From assembly GCA_039028615.1 (NCBI GenBank), contig JBCCHT010000014.1, forward strand, positions 1 to 64,000: 64,000 nt of DNA. Direction: 5' to 3'. A program made the translations under genes and the position numbers. Below are positions 57,918 to 64,000 of this stretch, one piece after another (the stretch's first letter is position 1; each line of letters opens with the position of its first letter). The notes under the pieces are model-generated. The model did not search any database. It saw only the letters and a program-made list of their open reading frames with translations, and was not told where the DNA came from. This DNA comes from Myxococcota bacterium (GTDB lineage: Bacteria > Myxococcota_A > Polyangia > Nannocystales > Nannocystaceae).

Positions 57918-58196
57918 ATGGCCACCGTTCGCATTCCCACCCCACTGCGCAAGTACACCCAGGGGCAAGAGGAGGTGAGCATCGAAGCCGGCACCGTCCG
58001 CGATCTCATCACCAACCTCGAGACCAGCTACCCCGGTATCTCCGAGCGCATCTGCGACGACAAGGGCGCCGTGCGTCGCTTCGTCAACATCTTCGTCGGC
58101 GAAGAGGACATTCGCTTCCTCGAGAACCTCGACACTGGCGTCAAGGATGCCGACGAGGTCAGCATCGTGCCGGCCATCGCAGGTGGCATGAAGTGA
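57918..58196 (+). CDS. MoaD/ThiS/CysO ubiquitin-like sulfur carrier with GG-MK C-terminus
   Basis: VRIPTPLRKYT...RRFVNIFV...VSIVPAIAGGMK. Confidence 0.93.
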   Translation: MATVRIPTPLRKYTQGQEEVSIEAGTVRDLITNLETSYPGISERICDDKGAVRRFVNIFVGEEDIRFLENLDTGVKDADEVSIVPAIAGGMK

Positions 58197-59212
58197 TGGA
58201 CGGGCTGCTCACCCCTGCACTGCCACTGTCGGCCCGGCTTCCCGCGGCCGCGCAGTTTCATGTCCAAGAGGTGCGCGGCCGGCCGCGTCGGGCCGGCAGC
58301 ATCGTCGACCTGATCGGCAACACCCCGTTGGTGCGCCTGGGCCAGATCGACCGGGAGACCCCCGGCGTCGAGATCTGGGCCAAGTGCGAGTTCGCCAACC
58401 CCGGCGGCTCGGTCAAGGATCGAGCCGCCTACCGGATCATTCGCGACGCGCTGTCCCACGGCGACCTTCGCCCCGGCGTGCGCCTCATCGACAGCACCAG
58501 CGGCAACACGGGCATCGCGTACTCGCTCATCGGTGCCGCCATGGGCCTGCCGATCAGCCTCGTGATGCCGAGCAACGTGTCCAACCCGCGCAAGCAGGTC
58601 ACGGCGGCCTTCGGCACCGAGCTCATCTTCTCCGACCCCATGGAGGGCAGCGACGGCGCGATCGTTCGTGCCCGCGAGATCGTCGAGGAGAATCCCGAGC
58701 GCTGGTATTACCCCAACCAGTACGCCAACGAGAGCAACTGGCGGGCGCACTACGACGGCACCGGGCCCGAGATCATCGCCCAGACCGAAGGCCGCGTGAC
58801 GCACTTCGTCACGGGCATCGGCACCAGCGGCACGGTCATGGGCACGTCCCGGCGCCTGCACGAGTACAACCCCTCCATTCGCTGCATCGGCCTGCAGCCC
58901 GACGACGCCATGCACGGCCTCGAGGGGCTCAAGCACATCCCCTCCAGCATCGTGCCGCCGATCTACGACGAGTCCGTGCTCGACGAGACCCTCTGGCTGC
59001 CCACCGAAGACGGCTGGGACATGGCCGAGCGCCTCGCCAGCGAAGAGGGCCTGTTCGTCGGGCACTCCTCGGGCGCCAACGTGGCGGGCGCCCGCCGGGT
59101 CGCCAAGCAGCTCGTCGCCGAGGGCGAAGAGGGCGTGGTGGTGACCGTGCTGTGCGATCGGGGCGACCGCTACTTCGCGCCGCTCAAGTGGGAGAAGCAC
59201 TATGTCTGGTGA
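58193..59212 (+). CDS. cysM: PLP cysteine synthase, CysM-like (probably sulfur-carrier dependent)
   Basis: NPGGSVKDR, STSGNTG, NQYANESN, GTSGT, HGLEGLK; lies between the sulfur carrier and JAMM genes; start uncertain. Confidence 0.85.
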   Translation: MMDGLLTPALPLSARLPAAAQFHVQEVRGRPRRAGSIVDLIGNTPLVRLGQIDRETPGVEIWAKCEFANPGGSVKDRAAYRIIRDALSHGDLRPGVRLIDSTSGNTGIAYSLIGAAMGLPISLVMPSNVSNPRKQVTAAFGTELIFSDPMEGSDGAIVRAREIVEENPERWYYPNQYANESNWRAHYDGTGPEIIAQTEGRVTHFVTGIGTSGTVMGTSRRLHEYNPSIRCIGLQPDDAMHGLEGLKHIPSSIVPPIYDESVLDETLWLPTEDGWDMAERLASEEGLFVGHSSGANVAGARRVAKQLVAEGEEGVVVTVLCDRGDRYFAPLKWEKHYVW

Positions 59213-59672
59213 GGCCTCCGCCCAAGTCCCCGCCGTGCCCCGCGAGCACCTGATGGCCATCTACCGTCAGGCGCGGGCCGAGTTCCCCAACGAGTGCTGC
59301 GGCTTCATCCTCGGCGAGGGCGAGCAGTCCGAGGCCGTCGCGTGCGCCAACGTGATGGACAAGTACCATCGCCTCGACCCCGAGCAGTTCCCGCGCACCG
59401 CCGCCAACGGCTACAAGTTCGACTTCAAGGCGGCGCGGCAGCTCGACGAGAGCTTCGGCGGGGACAAGCCCGCAACCATCATCTACCACTCGCACCCGCG
59501 GGTCGGCGCGTACTTCTCCGAGGAAGACACCAAGGCCGCCGTCGCCACGCAGTGGCCGGTCGACTACCTGGTGGTCGACGTCCAGGACAACGAGATCGTC
59601 GAAGCACTGCTCTTTCGGCAGAAGGGCGATCGATACGAGCAGATCGCCCGCTTCGACGGCGCGGCGGTGTGA
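59202..59672 (+). CDS. Mov34/MPN/JAMM metallopeptidase (Mec-like)
   Basis: PNECCGFILG and YHSHPRVGAYFSEED. Confidence 0.92.
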   Translation: MSGEASAQVPAVPREHLMAIYRQARAEFPNECCGFILGEGEQSEAVACANVMDKYHRLDPEQFPRTAANGYKFDFKAARQLDESFGGDKPATIIYHSHPRVGAYFSEEDTKAAVATQWPVDYLVVDVQDNEIVEALLFRQKGDRYEQIARFDGAAV

Positions 59673-59690
59673 GGAGCCGAACGTAAGCGC

Positions 59691-60167
59691 TCAGCCCCAG
59701 GCGGCCGGCGGCGCCAGCCGGCCGTCGCGGACGGCTTCGAGCAGCTCGCGGTCCGCCTCCAAGAACCCGTCGATGGGCAGGGACTGTCGGGCAAACCCGG
59801 CCAGCTCGACCCCGGGCTCTGGGCGCAGGCCCAGCTGTGACCACGGCTGCTCGGGCGGGCCCAATGGGCCCGCGTCCACGTGATAGACGATGAGCAAGAC
59901 CTGTGGCCCCGGCGCCGGGTAGACGTGATGAAGCACGTCGGCGACCGACCCCAGCGTCAGGCGGCTCGCCGCGGGCCCCCACTCCTCCACCAGCTCCCGC
60001 ATCAGGGCGTCACGGGGGTGTTCGGCGGGCTCGAGCTTGCCGCCCGGCAACTCCCACCGGCCCGCGCCATGGCCCGCGTCGGCCCGGCGCCGCTGCACGA
60101 GGACGATACCGCCCGGTCGCCAGACCAGGGCCGCCGAGACCAACAGGGGATGGGGGACGTCCGTCAT
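59691..60167 (-). CDS. NUDIX hydrolase (MutT/NudG-like)
   Basis: WELPGGKLEPAEHPRDALMRELVEEWG. Confidence 0.9.
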   Translation of the reverse strand: MTDVPHPLLVSAALVWRPGGIVLVQRRRADAGHGAGRWELPGGKLEPAEHPRDALMRELVEEWGPAASRLTLGSVADVLHHVYPAPGPQVLLIVYHVDAGPLGPPEQPWSQLGLRPEPGVELAGFARQSLPIDGFLEADRELLEAVRDGRLAPPAAWG

Positions 60168-60282
60168 CGGCAGCCTTGCGCGGGCTCGCTTCTAGCAACC
60201 CACGGCCCGATTGGCACGCGCGACTCCCACCATCCGCGCCTGGACGGAACCGGACATAAACCTCTATGCTGGCGGCAGGTTC

Positions 60283-60795
60283 ATGCGCCTCTACGCAAGC
60301 AAGATCCCGCACATCACCGATGTCGTCACCCGTAACCTGGTGGCGCCAGGGGTCCTCGAGATCAACGACCGCGAGGAGTTCAAGCGCGACATCGAGTCGA
60401 TCTTGCGGGAGTACATCCGGAAGGACCGCGAGATCACCGAGACGGCGAAGGACATCCTCGAGGCCCGCGGCCTCCCCTACTCGGAGCTGTTCCGCACCAA
60501 GCGGCAGCTCGCCGAGCGCGAAGATTTCGCCATCGGCGACGAGTCGATCAACTGGATCGCCAACCAACTCATCGAGCTGTTCATGCGCTCGCAGTTCGTC
60601 GAAGAGGTCTTCGCGGACGACGCGACCCTGCGACGCACGCTCAAGGAGCTGCTCCGCCGGAACATGCAGGCCGACGACGACCTCGACCGCGAGGTTCGTC
60701 GCCACCTCAAGCACCTGTCCGACGGTACGTCCTCGTTCGAGGTCGAGTACCAAAAGCAGCTCGAAGCGATCAAACGCAAGCACGGCCTGCAGTAG
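60283..60795 (+). CDS. DUF507-like protein
   Basis: MRLYASKIPHI...; charged helical protein ending IKRKHGL. Confidence 0.75.
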   Translation: MRLYASKIPHITDVVTRNLVAPGVLEINDREEFKRDIESILREYIRKDREITETAKDILEARGLPYSELFRTKRQLAEREDFAIGDESINWIANQLIELFMRSQFVEEVFADDATLRRTLKELLRRNMQADDDLDREVRRHLKHLSDGTSSFEVEYQKQLEAIKRKHGLQ

Positions 60796-60811
60796 CGCAG
60801 GAAAAGGACCG

Positions 60812-61642
60812 ATGGCGCACATCCTGGTCTACCTGCAACGAACCCCCGGGGGCCTGCACCCCGCGAGTGCCGTTGCGCTGTGCCGCGCACGAGACATCGC
60901 CAGCGATCGCGGGGCGAGCCTCACCTCCGTGTGTCCGGGCGACGCGGGGGCGGTCGACAAGGGCTTGGCCACCGCCGCCAGCCGCTTCGGGGCCGATGTG
61001 CTGGTCTTCGGCGGCCCCAAGGGCCTGCTGGCGCTGTTCGAGCAGCTCAACCCGGTTCATGTGCTGGTGCCGTGGACCGACGAGGGTCTGCAGGCGGCGA
61101 CCGACCTTCCCTCTGGCCCCGCGGTGCCCCGCTGGCTGAACACCCGCCAGCCCGCCTGGGGCGGCGCCGACTCGGTCACCGCGGTCGTGGCCGGTACCCT
61201 GCCCTGGCACGCGTACTCCGAGCCGCTCGAGGCCGAGTACCAAGCCGACGTCGACGACGCGACGCTCCCCGATTGGCTGGCCGAAGTCCGCCAAAAAGAG
61301 GAAAACCCCTCGTTTGGGATCGGCGACGGACCGATACGCTGGGTCGGCACTGCGACGCCCGACGATCGCACCACCGCCGCGCTCGCCCGCTTGGGCGCAG
61401 AGCCGGCGCCCAGCCCCGCCGAGGCGGTGGCCGACCAGGGCACCGTGTTGTGGATCTCGTCCGAGCCCGTGCCCGAAGCCCTGGCGAACCGCCCGCCCGG
61501 GCTGCGCCTGGTGGTCCTGCCCGACGAGGGCGCCACCAGCCTCGATCCGAGCTGGCGTAGCGCGGACTGGGTCCTGCCCGGGCCGGCCGCGACCGCGCTC
61601 GCGGCCATCGCCGACAGCCCCTGGGCCCCGTCGCGCGGATGA
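60812..61642 (+). CDS. Hypothetical protein with ETF-alpha-like N-terminus
   Basis: HILVYLQRTPGGLHPASAVAL...FGADVLV; AAGGA RBS; ATGA-coupled to the next gene. Confidence 0.6.
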   Translation: MAHILVYLQRTPGGLHPASAVALCRARDIASDRGASLTSVCPGDAGAVDKGLATAASRFGADVLVFGGPKGLLALFEQLNPVHVLVPWTDEGLQAATDLPSGPAVPRWLNTRQPAWGGADSVTAVVAGTLPWHAYSEPLEAEYQADVDDATLPDWLAEVRQKEENPSFGIGDGPIRWVGTATPDDRTTAALARLGAEPAPSPAEAVADQGTVLWISSEPVPEALANRPPGLRLVVLPDEGATSLDPSWRSADWVLPGPAATALAAIADSPWAPSRG

Positions 61643-63291
61643 GCGCGCAGCCTCTCGACGCTGCGCTCGACGCCCTGCTCGACCCGGGGCCAGAGACGAT
61701 ACTCGCCACCGAGTCGGCCATCACCGCGAGCGGTTGGCCGCGCACGTTGGCCAAGGTCGTGCCCGATCGTGCGCTGAGTGGCGCGCTGCGGGACAGCGCG
61801 GCCCCGGTGGTGTTCGTGCACCGGGTGGCCATGACCGTGGTGCGAACGCTGCGGAGCCATCCCGTGCCCCTGTTGGTCGCGACCGCGGACGCCGAGGCCT
61901 CGCGCTGGGAGACCCTCGAAGCGCTCGAGGGCACCACCCTGCTGGGGCCCGACGCCCAGGTGCGTCGCCATGGCGAGGGACCCTCGGTGTGCTGTGCCGC
62001 CGAAGCCGATGAGCTCGAGGGACTGCTGCGGGCGCTGGGCGGCGCCCACCTGGCGGTCAGCCCCACGCCCTCGTGGTGGTGGAGGTTGCTCGATCGCCGC
62101 GGGGCCAAGCGTCGCCCCGTGGCCGGCTATGTCCCCGCCGCGGTGCTCGACGAGGACTGGGCGCGCTGGGGGATGGCGCGAGACCGAGGCCACGCGCTCG
62201 TGCCCATCGGGGTGCCCGAGGCTCCGATCGACGAGCCCGCGCATCCCGACCTCGCCGTCGCCACTGCAGCCCATGCGCTCGAGCGCCTCACCGGTCCCGT
62301 GTTTCCGAGCCCGCGGGTCATCGCCACCGTGCTCGAGGGGCAGCGTGGGACCTCGACACCGGCGCGGCAAAAGTCCCACGACGCGGCGATCTGGCAGCAG
62401 GCCCGACGCGCGCTGCCCATGACCGGCGCGGTGGTGGGCATGGAAGGCGCTCGGCCCGAGCTCGCCACCCAGGTGGCCACCGCCGCGTTCTTGGCCCAGC
62501 GAGCCTTGCTGCGAGTCGATGCCGCCAAAGCGGCGCTGCGCTCGAGCATCTCGTCCCCCGCCCCCGCCGACGCCGATGGGCTCGAGCGCGCGCAGCAAGT
62601 ACTGGTCTCGGCCGGGCAGACGCTGACCGATCACGAGAGCAAGGTCGTGCTGCGCGGGTTCGGGATCGAGGTTACGCGCCAGGCAGTGGCCTCCTCGGCC
62701 AGCGGCGCCGCGGGCTTTGCCGACCGCATCGGCTTCCCCGTGGTGCTCAAGGCGCTCAGCCCCGATCTGCGCCGTCGCGCGGAGATCGGCGCGGTGCAGC
62801 TGTCCATTCCCACCGCGGCCGCCGTGCGGCGAGCCTACGCGGACGTGGTGGATGCAGTGGAGCGCAACGCTCCCACCGCTCGGCTCGATGGCGTGCTCGT
62901 GGCCGAGATGGTCGACCCCGGGCTCGACCTGCACTGCGGCGCGATTCGACTGCCCCAGGGCGGCATCGCGCTGTTCGGCCGCTGCGTGGGCCAGCCCGCC
63001 CCCGTGGAGCCCGTGCTCAGCTTGTCCCCGCTCGCCCCCGACGACGCCCGCTTGCTCGCTCACGCGATTTTGGGCCGGGTACCGGTACCCGCCCTACGAC
63101 GTGCGACGGATCCCGACACCGACGACCTCGCAATGCTGCTGATGCGCCTGGACATGATCGTCCAAGAACACGCCGACCGCATCGAGCTGGTAGAGCTTCG
63201 GCCGCTGCGTCTGCTCTCCGACGGCTCCGAGCGCCGCTACGTCACCCTGGACGCGCGCATCATCCAGCAGCCCCACCTCCAAGGACGCTGA
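61639..63291 (+). CDS. Acetate-CoA ligase-like protein with C-terminal ATP-grasp domain
   Basis: LTDHESKVVLRGFGI, IGFPVVLKALSP, DGVLVAEMV, IELVELRPL, TLDARI. Confidence 0.8.
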   Translation: MSAQPLDAALDALLDPGPETILATESAITASGWPRTLAKVVPDRALSGALRDSAAPVVFVHRVAMTVVRTLRSHPVPLLVATADAEASRWETLEALEGTTLLGPDAQVRRHGEGPSVCCAAEADELEGLLRALGGAHLAVSPTPSWWWRLLDRRGAKRRPVAGYVPAAVLDEDWARWGMARDRGHALVPIGVPEAPIDEPAHPDLAVATAAHALERLTGPVFPSPRVIATVLEGQRGTSTPARQKSHDAAIWQQARRALPMTGAVVGMEGARPELATQVATAAFLAQRALLRVDAAKAALRSSISSPAPADADGLERAQQVLVSAGQTLTDHESKVVLRGFGIEVTRQAVASSASGAAGFADRIGFPVVLKALSPDLRRRAEIGAVQLSIPTAAAVRRAYADVVDAVERNAPTARLDGVLVAEMVDPGLDLHCGAIRLPQGGIALFGRCVGQPAPVEPVLSLSPLAPDDARLLAHAILGRVPVPALRRATDPDTDDLAMLLMRLDMIVQEHADRIELVELRPLRLLSDGSERRYVTLDARIIQQPHLQGR

Positions 63292-63329
63292 CATCTCGCG
63301 GCAGGAGGCCGTGATATGTAGTTTTCACG

Positions 63330-64000
63330 ATGTCAGACCTGGGTACGGCCGCCTCGAAGATCGGCGACAAGATCGTCGACATCCTCGACATCTTCGACCT
63401 GTCGTTCTTCATCTCGGGAGCGGTGGGCATCGGGGCCTTGCTGGTGACCCTGCCCGACGGCAGCTCGCTCAACCCGCTACGAACCGAGGCGCTGTCGGGC
63501 GGAGCCTCGTTCGTGCTGGTGCTCGGGGCCTACGTGGTCGGCCTCATCTGCTTCGCGGTGGGTCGCCCCTTCCGCGGTCGCCTCGCCCGGTGGAGCAAGA
63601 TGTCACTCGACCACGAGGTCTTCCACGCCGCCCTCGAAGGCCAGCGCCTCGATGGTGAGGCTAGCGAAGCTCTGCGTCGGCACTTCGGCCACGACCCCAC
63701 CGAGACCAGCCCGGCCATGCGCACCGCGGCCTATACCCGCATGTGGGTGCACGTTCGCAGCTACCCCGAGCTGACCGAGTCCTTCAACTTGCTGCGACGC
63801 TACTGGATCCTGACCGCCAGCTACGACGGCGTGGCCACGGCCATCCTGCTGTGGCTCATCCCGCTGTTCCTCGGGCGCTTCGGTGACCCGCTGAGCACCG
63901 TGACGCCCTGGTTCGCCGCGGTGGGGCTCATCTGCGCGGCACTGTTTTGCTGGCACCGCGCGCTGGTGCACAAGCACTATCAGATCCAGGAGTTGGTCGC
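63330..64000 (+). CDS. Membrane protein, 3' end outside window
   Basis: Open frame from ATG 63330 (MSDLGTAASKIGDKIVDILDIFDLSFFISGAVGIGALLV...) with several TM segments. Confidence 0.7.
   Translation, partial: MSDLGTAASKIGDKIVDILDIFDLSFFISGAVGIGALLVTLPDGSSLNPLRTEALSGGASFVLVLGAYVVGLICFAVGRPFRGRLARWSKMSLDHEVFHAALEGQRLDGEASEALRRHFGHDPTETSPAMRTAAYTRMWVHVRSYPELTESFNLLRRYWILTASYDGVATAILLWLIPLFLGRFGDPLSTVTPWFAAVGLICAALFCWHRALVHKHYQIQELV

Overview
GC-rich bacterial DNA whose gene content (Ser/Thr kinase-TPR plus ECF sigma pairs, Cys-rich lipoproteins, TSP3 repeats) suggests a myxobacterium; the taxon is an inference. (1) 1-15.0 kb is a mirror-symmetric conflict/signalling locus. Two divergent paralogues of a SIR2-CHAT protease-STAND NTPase-TPR (NLR-like) protein flank a metacaspase, a small protein, a membrane kinase-TPR and two divergent ECF sigma factors. 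The left paralogue is absent from the ORF track because it runs off the window, and it has lost SIR2 catalytic-motif residues (GAG->GEG, HG->YG). Both NLR-like genes and both sigma genes share an upstream CAGATCATT-N15-CATA motif. (2) 15.1-16.9 kb is a lipoprotein whose apparent TGA stop is probably selenocysteine (FATW-U-TSC plus a SECIS-like hairpin). (3) 19-40 kb is an orphan vgrG/PAAR-Rhs toxin region with a deaminase-like tip and further candidate effector/immunity cassettes. (4) 40-54 kb holds a LysR module, lipoproteins, a TSP3 lipoprotein and a TonB-ExbB-ExbD cluster. (5) 54-64 kb holds epmA, efp (with an in-frame TAG), an Rrf2-cysK-E1-sulfur carrier-cysM-JAMM cysteine operon and housekeeping genes. 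No rRNA, tRNA, CRISPR array or transposase was recognised. All domain calls come from motif reading, not database searches.
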